Origin: Pirellula staleyi DSM 6068
GTDB lineage: Bacteria > Planctomycetota > Planctomycetia > Pirellulales > Pirellulaceae
Direction: 5' to 3'
DNA length: 32,000 nucleotides
NCBI GenBank assembly: GCA_000025185.1
Contig: CP001848.1
Coordinates: 4,140,001 to 4,172,000, forward strand
Shown here: positions 8,554 through 17,972 of the stretch, in pieces
Position numbering within the stretch: position 1 is the first letter of the stretch
How the letters are laid out: each line of letters begins with the position of its first letter
Notes under the pieces: model-generated
What the model was told of the DNA's origin: nothing
What the model saw: the letters and a program-made list of their open reading frames with translations, nothing else
Database searches by the model: none
Position numbers and translations under genes: made by a program

Positions 8554-9130
8554 ACAGAATCTCAGCGACAAAGATTGTGCAAACGAGAAGAGGTGGTGCA
8601 ATTGTGGCAAGTGGAACTTCAAATCGCAACCATTTTTTGAACTATCGGACGGTATAGCAACAAGTTGCGTCGCACCGGCGAGCTTCCCACCCAGCGTGCT
8701 CGGCCCATCACGAGGGGAAAAATCGAGCTCTCAGCCCCGCTTCCAAGGAGCCGCCGAGCTGTTTCGCCTTCGGCTGCTATCTGGGGTGTTTGCGCGGTCT
8801 GGTTAGAGGCAGTTTGCGGAGGCCTGCGGGTCTGTGTTTGCTGTGGGTAGATAGGCAAGACAGCCCGACCTTGCCTTACAAAAAAAATCTGCCGGATATG
8901 CCGGAAGTATTGATTCTGAGGGTAATTCCGGGCCGATAGGTTCTGTCGAGCGAAATCATTTTCGCAGTGGCATTTGCTAATCCCGAGCAGCAGCTGGCAA
9001 CAGCTCGCTCGCGATCGACCAGACAGCAACCCTCTGCGACCGTTTTGATTAGCTACGAACAAACTCACATGCTTCTCTGGATGTGGCCAGAAGATGCATG
9101 AGAAACCTTTGGAGCCGCGGAGACTCTCCG

Positions 9131-10495
9131 ATGAAGATGCGTTGGGCTTGGCTGCTGCCCGTGCTGGCTGTGACTGCTTGGGGAGCACATGTAAATGTCG
9201 CTCGCGCCCAGGGCTATGCTGGCGGCGGTGCAGGTGCGCCCGCTGGATACTTTGATCCGCAAGCGGGACAATATTCCGTGATGCAGCCTCCGGGAATGAT
9301 GCCAGGACCAACTCCTGCCATGGGCGGGCCTGGTATGGCTGGTCCAGGCGGCGGTCCTGGTGGTCCTCCAGGTGGCTATATCGCCCCTGAACCCCCCACC
9401 GGCTACATGAGTGGCTTCGAAGGTGGCGGTGCCTGCGAAGCGTGCGGCGGCATGGGCTGCGAGCATTGCGGCGGCGGATTGCACAATGGATTGCTCGGTG
9501 ATGTCCTCGGACTCATCGGTCCCTATCCCGATGGCGGCTGTGCCGCTGTTCGATGGTTCGACATCAACGTCGACTTCATGTTCCTCAAGCGAGACGACAC
9601 CGGTCGCCGCGTCGACTTCACCTCGGCTGGCATCGCCGGCCCGGTGGTCCTCAGCACCGACAACCTCGACTTCGATGGCGAGCCAAGCTTCCGTCTGAAC
9701 GCCGCGCTCCAAGCCGGACCAGGCAGCAGCTGGGAATTCACCTACTACGGTCTGTTCCAGTACAACTCGATCGCTTCGGTCGCCGATGCTGGCAACGATC
9801 TCTATTCGGTTCTCAGCGACTTTGGTCAGTTGCCCTTCAACGGCTACGATCAAACCGACGAATCGAATTTCCAGCGGATTAACTATGCCTCGAACTTCGA
9901 CAACTTCGAAGTGAACTTCCGCCAGCGATGGATGGCCCCCACGGCCCGCTATCAAGGCTCGTGGCTCGTCGGTGTCCGTTATTTCAAGCTCGAAGAAGGC
10001 TTTGGCTACCACACCGAATCGGTGGAAACCAACGGTGTGCCTGCTCCGCTCGAAGTCATGGACTACAACGTCGAAACCCACAACAGCCTCACCGGTGCTC
10101 AAATCGGTGGCGACATGTGGATTTGCTTGATCCCTGGCTTGCGACTCGGTGGTGAAGTGAAGGCTGGTGTGTACGGGAATCACTCGAACGTGAACACCCG
10201 CATCACCGCCACGAACTTCGGCCAAACGTTCCTAGAAGAACAAGAGGCCGACGATGTGGCTTTCGTGGGTAACCTCGATACCTACCTGACCTACCGCATC
10301 AACTATCAGTGGACCGCCAAGTTCGGCTATCAGTTCATGTATGTCGACGGCGTCTCGCTGGCGAGCGAAAACTTCAACAGCACTCCGCCCGACATCTTCA
10401 TCCCACCTCCCGGTGTGAATCGCACCCCGACGGTGAACGACAACGGCTCGCTGTTCTATCACGGTTTCTCGGTCGGTATGGAATTCATGTGGTAG
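9131..10495 (+). CDS. BBP7-type outer-membrane beta-barrel protein
   Basis: The start MKMRWAWLLPVLAVTAWGAHVNVARAQG (signal peptide) is preceded by GGAG at 9118-9121. The N-terminal part is Gly/Pro-rich with a Cys motif (GGGACEACGGMGCEHCGGG). An alternating beta-strand pattern follows, and the C-terminus ends in an aromatic residue (...HGFSVGMEFMW). This fits planctomycetal BBP7 porin-like proteins as I remember them. Confidence 0.7.
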   Translation: MKMRWAWLLPVLAVTAWGAHVNVARAQGYAGGGAGAPAGYFDPQAGQYSVMQPPGMMPGPTPAMGGPGMAGPGGGPGGPPGGYIAPEPPTGYMSGFEGGGACEACGGMGCEHCGGGLHNGLLGDVLGLIGPYPDGGCAAVRWFDINVDFMFLKRDDTGRRVDFTSAGIAGPVVLSTDNLDFDGEPSFRLNAALQAGPGSSWEFTYYGLFQYNSIASVADAGNDLYSVLSDFGQLPFNGYDQTDESNFQRINYASNFDNFEVNFRQRWMAPTARYQGSWLVGVRYFKLEEGFGYHTESVETNGVPAPLEVMDYNVETHNSLTGAQIGGDMWICLIPGLRLGGEVKAGVYGNHSNVNTRITATNFGQTFLEEQEADDVAFVGNLDTYLTYRINYQWTAKFGYQFMYVDGVSLASENFNSTPPDIFIPPPGVNRTPTVNDNGSLFYHGFSVGMEFMW

Positions 10496-10568
10496 TCGCG
10501 TCAGCCATCGCAGGTCTCGCCGCATCATCGGCGGGGCCTGAACGACTCTAAGCATCGCTTGGAAAGAA

Positions 10569-10602
10569 CCCCGGTCGCCACATTCGACCGGGGTTTTTTG
10601 TT
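10569..10602 (+). terminator. Rho-independent terminator of the BBP7 gene
   Basis: Stem ccccggtcg / loop ccacatt / stem cgaccgggg (9-bp perfect stem), followed by TTTTTTGTT. It lies 74 nt after the stop codon. Confidence 0.75.
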
Positions 10603-10674
10603 GCGCTGGGCAAAATGGCACATCGCAACTGTGGTTTTCAGGGCTGCTCGAAGTAAATTCAGCCTTGGGCGCTC

Positions 10675-10727
10675 TTTCGGACCGAAAAAGCGGTCACCCG
10701 CACCCACTTAGGTAGGGGGTGCGGGTG
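10675..10727. other. Orphan structured element: 13-nt palindrome TTTCGGACCGAAA (10675-10687) plus an 11-bp perfect GC-rich hairpin (10695-10705 / 10717-10727)
   Basis: cacccgcaccc pairs perfectly with gggtgcgggtg across an 11-nt loop. It sits between the OMP terminator and the subtilase start. On the minus strand it would be followed by ACCGCTTTTTCGG, but no minus-strand gene ends here. Confidence 0.3.
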
Positions 10728-10858
10728 CACTAATCGGCGAAGTCCGAACAAAGTCGCGCAAAAATGTAGCGTATTCGGAAACCTGCAATTAGACTCGACG
10801 GCTGGTACCGGTTCTCGGTGGCTTCGATCTCATCGCCCGACCCTTGAGGGGCTTTGTT

Positions 10859-13800
10859 GTGAAATTCTCTGATCACTCTTCGCTCGGCCCAAAACAAGCT
10901 CGTCCTAATCGCCATAAGGCGAAGGCACGCCAGCGTTTTCGTAGCGCCATGCTCGAAACTCTGGAAGATCGTCGGATGCTGGCCCTGACGCCTGCTCCGA
11001 TCGATAAATGGATCGGAGAAGAAGTCTCTTACGACAAAATCTTGGTCCGGTTCCAGCAGGGCACCACCAAACAGCAGGCCACACAAATTGCCGCTACCCA
11101 AGGGGATGGGGCTCAGATCCTGAAGTTCTGGGACAACCTGAACATGGCGATCGTCGAAATGCCCGACGATTCCAACCGTTTCAGTACGCCGATTCAGCTC
11201 GCCGCACATTTCCATCAGCTCAGTTCGGTTCTCTACGCCGAGCCCGATTTTGTTTACAGCTATCAGGCAGTTCCGAACGACCCGACCTATCCAGCAATGG
11301 ATGGTCTCGACAACACGGGACAAAATGGCGGCACACCCGACGCCGATATCGACGCTCCCGAAGCGTGGGATCTCACGACCGGCAGCACCGAAGTTGTGAT
11401 CGCGATTATCGACTCGGGTCTCGACACTGCGCATCCCGATATCGCTGCGAACGTCTGGGTGAACCCTGGTGAAATCGCTGGCGATGGTATCGACAACGAC
11501 GGCAACGGCTACATCGACGACGTCAGCGGGTGGGACTTCGCCAACAACGACAATGTTCCGAACGATGTCGTGGGACACGGAACGCACGTTGCTGGTACGG
11601 TGGCTGCTGTCGGTAACAACGGCGTCGGCGTGACCGGTGTTTCGTGGAACTCGAAGCTGCTCCCTCTCAAAATTGGTGAAGCAACTCTCACCACGGCCGC
11701 CATTGTCGAAGCGATTCAATACGCCACGATGATGCGCTCGACCTACGGCATCAACATTCCCGTTTCGAACAACAGCTATGGTGGCTACGGCTACAGCCAA
11801 GCGACATTCGATGCAGTTGCTGCCCACACCGGTGCTGGCATTCTGTTCGTGGCCGCGGCTGGCAACGACACCAACGACAACGATGCCATTCCTTCCTATC
11901 CCGCAGGCTATGATCTGCCCGGCATCGTTGCGGTAGCTGCCTCCGACAACGACGATCAGCTGGCTGGATTCTCGAACTACGGGACTACTTCGGTCGACAT
12001 CGCTGGTCCCGGCGTGAATGTCACCAGCACTTGGCCTACAGCGCTGATTGCTGCAGGTTATAACACGATCGATGGCACGAGCATGGCATCGCCCCACGTG
12101 GCTGGTGTGGTGGCTCTGATGAACTCGCTCGTTCCCGGGCTCTCGATTGATGTCATCAAAGCCGCTTTGCTCGCTGGCGCGGATGTGATTCCTGCGTTCG
12201 GTGGCGACATCGCTGGCAATCGTCGCTTGAACGCACTGGGCGCTCTCAACGCTTTGCCACGCAACGAAGTGAATGGCCGGGTCTTCAACGATCTCGATAA
12301 AGATGGTGTCTTCGACAGTTTTGAGGCGGGTGTCGCCGGGTTTGTTGTTTATGCCGACATGAACAACAACGCGATCCGCGAAGCGACCGAACCATTTGCC
12401 ACCACAGCCGCCGACGGCACCTATCAAATCAAGGGACTTCTGGCGACCGGCGTTCGGACCATTCGGGTCCAGATTCCAGGCGACTATCTCAACACCGTGC
12501 CGACCAACGGCTCGCGACTGGCCAGTTTCCCGACCAACACCTCGGTTGCTAACAGTGTGAACTTTGGCGTCCGTGAAAAGCCGGGCGAAATTCACGGTCG
12601 CAAGTGGCTCGACATGGCCAGTGATCTGACCGCGATTCCTCCTGTGATCCGCACCGATGGGGTACAAGATCCTGGCGAGCCAGGCTTGCAGGATATTGTG
12701 ATCTATGTCGACTACGATCTCGACGGCAAGATCGATATCGGTGAACCAGGAGCGGTGACCGACGCCAACGGCAACTACACGATCAAGAACGTCACCCCTG
12801 GCACCTACACCGTACGCGAAGTGAATCAGCCGGGCTACGTGCAAACGTTCCCCGATCCGCTCGGTCTCACCGCTGGTGCCCACACTGGCGTGGTGGTGAC
12901 CCGTGGACAGATCACTTACCTGGTCGACTTCGGCAACATGGCTGCCTTCGATCACGGCGATGCTCCAGCTCCCTATCCAACCACAGGAACCGACGCCGCC
13001 TACCATGCCATCCTGACAGGCTTTGGCCTGGGTGCTGCGACCGATGGCGAATCGACGGGCCTGCCCAATTCCAATGCCACTGGCGACGACCTGTCGGGGA
13101 GCGACGACGAAGATGGTTTGAACCTCAGCAGCGTCAGCTTTATCCCTGGCGGCAACGCCGTGGTGCCAGTGACGACCCGTGTGGGGACTTACAGCAATGG
13201 CTACCTGCAGGTTTGGATCGACTTCAATCGCGACGGCGACTGGGACGACACCGGCGAACATGTGGTGAGCGATCTTCGCTTGGGAACGGCCACCACCAAC
13301 GTTCCGATTCCAATTCCATTGACCGCCGATCTAGGCTCGACCTTCATGCGGGTCCGCTTCGGCTACGACCGAGGGGTCGATGCTCTGCCAACCGGCTATT
13401 CCAACGCTGGTGAAGTCGAAGATTATCAGATCAGCATCTTGGGGAACTTCCCGGTCGGTAATGACGACAGCTACTCGGTGAAGCTCAACCGGCAAGACTT
13501 CCCCATGCCCGTGCTGGCTAACGACAACGGCACGCTCAATGGGCCTGCTCAAATCGTGGTCAGCGATTTCCCTAAGTCGACGTTTGCTGGCGGATTTGTC
13601 ACTTACGATGCCATCAACAATCGGCTGCTCTACGATGCACCAGCCACATCGACTCTGACTGGCGATTTCTTCACCTACCGCGTGACCGATGGTGTCAACA
13701 CCACCTCGGATATCACTGTCTCGGTGACCTTCATCGCGGCTGATCCGATTGCCGTCGATAACACCTACCAGTTCAACACGACGACCGCTGTTACCAATCG

Positions 13801-15328
13801 CACGCTCGCTGTCACCGACAACGACGTGATCGACCGCAATTTGCCCTTCCGCATCTTGGCCGGTTCGCTCACTTCAATTCCGGGGGCTGCTGGTTCGGTC
13901 GCGATCGCCGCGAACGGACGCGATGTCATTTACAGCCAGGCTGCCAACTACCAAGGAGCCTTCCAGTTCCAGTACACGGTGACTGACGACGATCCACTCA
14001 CGGCCAACAGCACGGCCCGTGTGACGATCCAAGTGACGCCTAATCCCGATGATGGCGCCAACACCCAGCAGGGTGCCATTCGCCTGGAAATCCTCGATGG
14101 AAACGGCAATCCGATTCCACTCGGCGGCATGCTGCAAGTTGGCGATACGTTCATCCTGCGGGCCTACACCCGCGACTTGCGTGGTCAGTACACCAATCCC
14201 GTTGTGTACACCGATCGTGGTGTCGATGCGGCCTACTTCGATATTCTCTTCAGCGATCCAACACTCGCCTCCCCGAACGCTCCTCAAGTGGGGAACGAAG
14301 CGGGCGAGTCGGTTGGATTCGATCTCCGACTGCTGCCACTCGCAGCGCCGAACTATCCCGGCTATGTGACTGGTCAGTACATCGCCAACACCGGTGTGTT
14401 TAACGAAGTCGGTGCCTTCCGAGGGGACGAAGATAACCCACAGCAGAACCAAACCGGTCTGGGTACCGGCGATCAGCTGCTGTTTGATATCTACATGACA
14501 GCCGAGAACGTCGGTCTGCTGCAATTCATTGCCGACCCTGCCGATCTTCCCGCGTCGCAAGTGCTGCTGTTCAACAACCCCGCCGAGCCGGGCAACCCAC
14601 AATCGGTCGACCCGTCGATCGTGCTCAACGATCTGCAGGTCTTGCTGGTCTCGTCCAACGCCGTGCAGATCATTGCCGATAGCGAAGGAGAGTTCACCAA
14701 CCTCTACAACGCCCTCGACGTCAACTCCGACGGCAGCATCACTCCGTTCGACGCGCTGCTGGTCATCAACGACCTGAACGCTTCGGAAACTGGTTTCCGC
14801 GAAGTTTCACAAACCACGTTTGCTCTGCAAGGTGGAATGCCGCCAGAATACTACCTCGATGTGAACGCCGACAGCCGCATCACTCCGTTCGACGCGCTGC
14901 TGGTCATTAACCGCCTGAATCAGATGTCGCTTGCCTCCGGCGGATCCCAAGCGGGTGGCGAAGGGGAACCTGCTCCTGTCATGGAACTGGCCGAAGGGGA
15001 ACCTGATGCCGCGCCGATGAGCTTCTCCTCGATCTCCGATACTGCAGCGGTGGTCTACAGCCCAGCCGCTGTCGACGCTCCTCCGGCCACGCTGTCGCTT
15101 ACCGGTTTGACCACCGCGAGTTCGTCCTCCAGCTCGACAACCTCTTCGAGCGACGAAGAGCTGGTGCTCGACATCGCGGCACCTCAGACCTTAAGCCCCG
15201 AGATTGCTGACCTCTTCACTGGCTTTTCGCCAGTCCTTAGCTTCGGCTCGACCGAGGAAGAGGGGGAAGTGAGCGAAGAAGCAATCGACTCGCTTTTGGC
15301 TGACTGGGATGGGAGCGAGCTGAAGTAG
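10859..15328 (+). CDS. Giant secreted subtilisin-like serine protease (S8) with SdrD-B/Cna-B-like repeats, a GEVED-type motif, Ig/cadherin-like repeats and a C-terminal dockerin-type repeat pair
   Basis: Catalytic triad contexts: AIIDSGLDTAHPDI (Asp), GHGTHVAGTVAAVG (His), DGTSMASPHVAGVVAL (Ser). NGRVFNDLDKDGVFD and GRKWLDMASD... resemble SdrD-B-like modules. GEVEDYQISI is present. Two DVN.D..ITPFDALLVIN.LN dockerin/EF-hand-like segments follow. The N-terminus is basic, then MLETLEDRRMLA. The start is ambiguous: GTG 10859 (GAGGGG 7 nt upstream) is preferred, with TTG 10844 and ATG 10949 as alternatives. Confidence 0.9.
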   Translation: MKFSDHSSLGPKQARPNRHKAKARQRFRSAMLETLEDRRMLALTPAPIDKWIGEEVSYDKILVRFQQGTTKQQATQIAATQGDGAQILKFWDNLNMAIVEMPDDSNRFSTPIQLAAHFHQLSSVLYAEPDFVYSYQAVPNDPTYPAMDGLDNTGQNGGTPDADIDAPEAWDLTTGSTEVVIAIIDSGLDTAHPDIAANVWVNPGEIAGDGIDNDGNGYIDDVSGWDFANNDNVPNDVVGHGTHVAGTVAAVGNNGVGVTGVSWNSKLLPLKIGEATLTTAAIVEAIQYATMMRSTYGINIPVSNNSYGGYGYSQATFDAVAAHTGAGILFVAAAGNDTNDNDAIPSYPAGYDLPGIVAVAASDNDDQLAGFSNYGTTSVDIAGPGVNVTSTWPTALIAAGYNTIDGTSMASPHVAGVVALMNSLVPGLSIDVIKAALLAGADVIPAFGGDIAGNRRLNALGALNALPRNEVNGRVFNDLDKDGVFDSFEAGVAGFVVYADMNNNAIREATEPFATTAADGTYQIKGLLATGVRTIRVQIPGDYLNTVPTNGSRLASFPTNTSVANSVNFGVREKPGEIHGRKWLDMASDLTAIPPVIRTDGVQDPGEPGLQDIVIYVDYDLDGKIDIGEPGAVTDANGNYTIKNVTPGTYTVREVNQPGYVQTFPDPLGLTAGAHTGVVVTRGQITYLVDFGNMAAFDHGDAPAPYPTTGTDAAYHAILTGFGLGAATDGESTGLPNSNATGDDLSGSDDEDGLNLSSVSFIPGGNAVVPVTTRVGTYSNGYLQVWIDFNRDGDWDDTGEHVVSDLRLGTATTNVPIPIPLTADLGSTFMRVRFGYDRGVDALPTGYSNAGEVEDYQISILGNFPVGNDDSYSVKLNRQDFPMPVLANDNGTLNGPAQIVVSDFPKSTFAGGFVTYDAINNRLLYDAPATSTLTGDFFTYRVTDGVNTTSDITVSVTFIAADPIAVDNTYQFNTTTAVTNRTLAVTDNDVIDRNLPFRILAGSLTSIPGAAGSVAIAANGRDVIYSQAANYQGAFQFQYTVTDDDPLTANSTARVTIQVTPNPDDGANTQQGAIRLEILDGNGNPIPLGGMLQVGDTFILRAYTRDLRGQYTNPVVYTDRGVDAAYFDILFSDPTLASPNAPQVGNEAGESVGFDLRLLPLAAPNYPGYVTGQYIANTGVFNEVGAFRGDEDNPQQNQTGLGTGDQLLFDIYMTAENVGLLQFIADPADLPASQVLLFNNPAEPGNPQSVDPSIVLNDLQVLLVSSNAVQIIADSEGEFTNLYNALDVNSDGSITPFDALLVINDLNASETGFREVSQTTFALQGGMPPEYYLDVNADSRITPFDALLVINRLNQMSLASGGSQAGGEGEPAPVMELAEGEPDAAPMSFSSISDTAAVVYSPAAVDAPPATLSLTGLTTASSSSSSTTSSSDEELVLDIAAPQTLSPEIADLFTGFSPVLSFGSTEEEGEVSEEAIDSLLADWDGSELK
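14717..14920 (+). repeat. Duplicated dockerin-type calcium-binding segment inside the protease gene (two copies, 141 nt apart)
   Basis: DVNSDGSITPFDALLVINDLN (14717-14779) and DVNADSRITPFDALLVINRLN (14858-14920). The 30-nt core catcactccgttcgacgcgctgctggtcat is identical at 14737-14766 and 14878-14907. Confidence 0.7.
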
Positions 15329-15393
15329 TGGCACTGAAGTAGTGTCAAACGCGCGACGCTGATCGTGCGGCTATAACCACTGAAGATCAACCT

Positions 15394-15432
15394 GGGGCAG
15401 GGGGAGTCAAATCCTCGCTGCCCCTTTTTTTT
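15394..15432 (+). terminator. Rho-independent terminator of the protease gene
   Basis: ggggcag ... ctgcccc stem (15394-15400 / 15418-15424) followed by an 8-T run (15425-15432), 66 nt after the stop. It separates the protease from the moxR cluster. Confidence 0.7.
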
Positions 15433-15931
15433 GCACTCGTCGGTCGTAAATGGCAGCTGATGAGTGCCTGTTTACCCCTACGGATCGACCGGTGGCAGCA
15501 GGTTCGCATAAAGCTTGGCCTGCTGGTAGCAATAAGCTGTTGCCCCTACTACCATTAGAATCAGCAAACTCAGCTGCCAATTGACAGCTTGGGGATGCGG
15601 TTCGCGGTGACGGAGTGGCCGATAGCCGGAAGCTAGCGCACACTTGCGGTCGCGCGAGGCCGAGCCAAGGGGCAGTCGTCCAGCAGGGGGATAGCATTTG
15701 CTGCGAAGATTCGGTGAACCATCGACCATCGGTGGTGCACTAAAACTCGCCGCAAATTGCCACCACCAGCTGCTGGAGCGAGCCATTGTCGCGGCACGAC
15801 TCCTGTTCCTGCGAGTTTCCCATCGCTGATGCACTTCTCTTCCAGTGCATGGGCGAAAACTCAAGCGATCCCCTTCCGATTTGCTGTTTGCCTCACTGAT
15901 TTCCCGCCCCGTCCCTCGAAAGGCGATCTCG

Positions 15932-17008
15932 ATGGCCGACACCGGCTCGAACGAAGCTCTTACCGCGCAGGTCATTGCCGATTCCTCGGCGGTTCGCAAA
16001 CTGAGCGAAGCACGCGAACGCATTGTGGGTCAGCTGTCGCAAGTGATCGTCGGGCAAACCGGCGTCATCGAAGAGCTGCTGATCTCGCTCTTCGCCCGCA
16101 GTCACTGCTTGCTCGAAGGTGTGCCGGGGCTCGCCAAGACGCTCCTCATCAGCACCCTCGCTAAATCGCTGAACCTTTCGTTCAGCCGCATCCAGTTCAC
16201 CCCCGACTTGATGCCCGCCGACATCACCGGCACCGAAATCATCGAAGAGAACCGGTCGACCGGAGCTCGCGAACGACGCTTCCTCGAAGGTCCCCTCTTT
16301 TCCAACATGGTGCTCGCGGACGAAATCAACCGCACACCACCCAAAACACAAGCTGCGCTGCTGGAAGCTATGCAGGAACGGCAAGTGACGGTCGGCCGCG
16401 TGCGGCATGCTCTCTCCGATCCGTTTTTTGTGCTCGCCACGCAAAACCCGATCGAGCAGGAAGGTACTTATCCCCTTCCTGAGGCGCAGCAAGATCGCTT
16501 CATGTTCAAGGTGTTTGTGAACTACCCGAGCTTCCTCGAAGAGTTCGAGGTCGCGCGGCGCACCACCACCACGCAAAGCGAATCGATCAAGCCGGTGCTC
16601 AGCGCTGCGGAAATCGTCGAGCTCCAGCAGATTGTGCGAACGGTGATTGCCAGCGACCATGTGGTGCGCTATGCCTTGTCGCTGGTCCGTCAAACGCGCG
16701 TTGGTTCTCCCGGCATTCCCGACTTCGTCAACGACATGGTCGGCTGGGGCGCTGGTCCTCGCGCGGTGCAGTTCCTCATCCTGGGTGGCAAGGCCCGCGC
16801 TCTGCTCTATGGTCGCACGCAAGTCTCGACAGACGATATCCAGGCGCTGGCCAAACCGGTGCTACGCCACCGCATCGTGGTGAACTTCGCCGCGCAAAGC
16901 GATGGCATGACGAGCGACAAGATCATCGAAAAACTGATTGCCTGCACCCCGACCCGAGAGGATGAGCTCACCAGCGATGCCCGATTCAAAACGATTTTTG
17001 CATCCTGA
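15932..17008 (+). CDS. moxR: MoxR-family AAA+ ATPase
   Basis: [42 protein letters not shown] is the Walker A GxPGx[18 protein letters not shown] is present. [27 protein letters not shown] covers Walker B and sensor. [12 protein letters not shown] is present. The ATG at 15932 (MADTGSNE) gives 358 aa, the usual MoxR size. The ORF-track start at 15845 adds 29 atypical residues. Confidence 0.92.
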   Translation: MADTGSNEALTAQVIADSSAVRKLSEARERIVGQLSQVIVGQTGVIEELLISLFARSHCLLEGVPGLAKTLLISTLAKSLNLSFSRIQFTPDLMPADITGTEIIEENRSTGARERRFLEGPLFSNMVLADEINRTPPKTQAALLEAMQERQVTVGRVRHALSDPFFVLATQNPIEQEGTYPLPEAQQDRFMFKVFVNYPSFLEEFEVARRTTTTQSESIKPVLSAAEIVELQQIVRTVIASDHVVRYALSLVRQTRVGSPGIPDFVNDMVGWGAGPRAVQFLILGGKARALLYGRTQVSTDDIQALAKPVLRHRIVVNFAAQSDGMTSDKIIEKLIACTPTREDELTSDARFKTIFAS

Positions 17009-17879
17009 GGCGATCAAGCGGATCGCCAGGCTCGAAATTCGCGCTCGGCACGTCGTCGAAGGGTTCCTCGCGGGGATGCACCGCAGCCCTTACTTCGGTC
17101 AGTCGGTCGAATTTCTGCAGCACCGGGAATATGTGATCGGCGACGATCTTCGTCACGTCGACTGGAAAGTCTGGGCGCGGCAAGATCGTCTCTACATCAA
17201 ACAGTTCGAAGAGGAAACCAATCTTCGCTGCCATCTGCTCGTGGATATGTCGACGAGCATGATGTACGGCAATGGCCATCTCAATAAGTTCGACTACGCC
17301 GCGACCCTCGCCAGCAGTCTCGCGTGGCTGATTCTCAAGCAGCAAGATGCCGTCGGCTGCACGACGTTCGACGACCGGGTTCGCAGCGTCGTTCCTTGCC
17401 GCACGAAAAGCAATCATATTCTGTCGATCGTCGAGTCGCTGAATCTCGTCAAGCCGAGTGACAAGACCGACATGTTTGCGGTCCTCCGCGCGATGGCCGA
17501 AACAGCGCCGCGGCGTGGTGTGGTGGTGATCTGCAGCGATCTCTTGGCCGATCGCCCCGGGCTCTTCAAAGGACTGAGGCTTCTCCGTCAGCGCGGGCAC
17601 GAAGTGCTGGTATTCCACATCCTCGATAACGACGAACTGGAATTCCCATTCTCGGGACCCACCCGTTTTGAAGGACTCGAGTCCGACGATTTTCTCAACT
17701 GCAATCCCCGCGCACTTCGCGAAGGCTACCTCGCTGCCATGCAGGCTTTCCTCGACGAAGTCCGCCGCGAATGTGCCCGCGCGAGTGTCGATTACGCCTT
17801 GGTAAAAACGGGCGATCCACTCGATGCAGCCCTCGCCACGTTCCTCAGTAAACGACTCGCCGTGATGAACCGCTACTAG
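16977..17879 (+). CDS. DUF58 protein (VWA-like, MoxR partner)
   Basis: [62 protein letters not shown] is the canonical DUF58 core. A MIDAS-like [10 protein letters not shown] motif is present. The ATG at 16977 overlaps the moxR 3' end by 32 nt. Confidence 0.9.
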   Translation: MPDSKRFLHPEAIKRIARLEIRARHVVEGFLAGMHRSPYFGQSVEFLQHREYVIGDDLRHVDWKVWARQDRLYIKQFEEETNLRCHLLVDMSTSMMYGNGHLNKFDYAATLASSLAWLILKQQDAVGCTTFDDRVRSVVPCRTKSNHILSIVESLNLVKPSDKTDMFAVLRAMAETAPRRGVVVICSDLLADRPGLFKGLRLLRQRGHEVLVFHILDNDELEFPFSGPTRFEGLESDDFLNCNPRALREGYLAAMQAFLDEVRRECARASVDYALVKTGDPLDAALATFLSKRLAVMNRY

Positions 17880-17972
17880 TTTTTTACTCTCGACTCAATT
17901 AGCCGCCGACGACCTTTCGACTGACACCTTACACCTTCGACTTTCACCCTTCGAACAAGCTCGCTTTTTGCC

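Noticed and set aside
9065-10225. 386-aa minus-strand ORF, and ORF 8619..9311 covering the kinase/barrel intergenic region
   Set aside because: The first is antisense to the BBP7 barrel gene. The second spans non-coding DNA and the barrel gene start. Its sequence is Arg/Ser/Gln-rich and non-protein-like, with no RBS.
10730-13261. 843-aa minus-strand ORF, the longest unlisted candidate in the track
   Set aside because: It is entirely antisense to the S8 protease gene, whose catalytic triad motifs are unambiguous. Its translation is Val/Gly/Arg/His-rich with no motifs. Long antisense ORFs are expected in GC-rich DNA.
15478-15786. Possible small minus-strand membrane protein (83-102 aa, tail ...WQLSLLILMVVGATAYCYQQAKLYANLLPPVDP)
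   Set aside because: Third-position GC is about 57% by hand count, lower than in neighbouring genes. There is no RBS and no terminator after it on the minus strand. The full ORF overlaps moxR. It is left as a low-probability alternative in the leader-region finding.
17880-17972. Pyrimidine-rich 93-nt gap between DUF58 and the BatA-N gene with repeated CACC(C)TTCGA(C/A) motifs (about 17925-17956) and TCGACT at 17890 and 17918
   Set aside because: The repeats are short, degenerate and irregularly spaced (28, about 20 and about 13 nt). I cannot distinguish them from chance in a C/T-rich spacer. Worth a look only if conserved in orthologous clusters.
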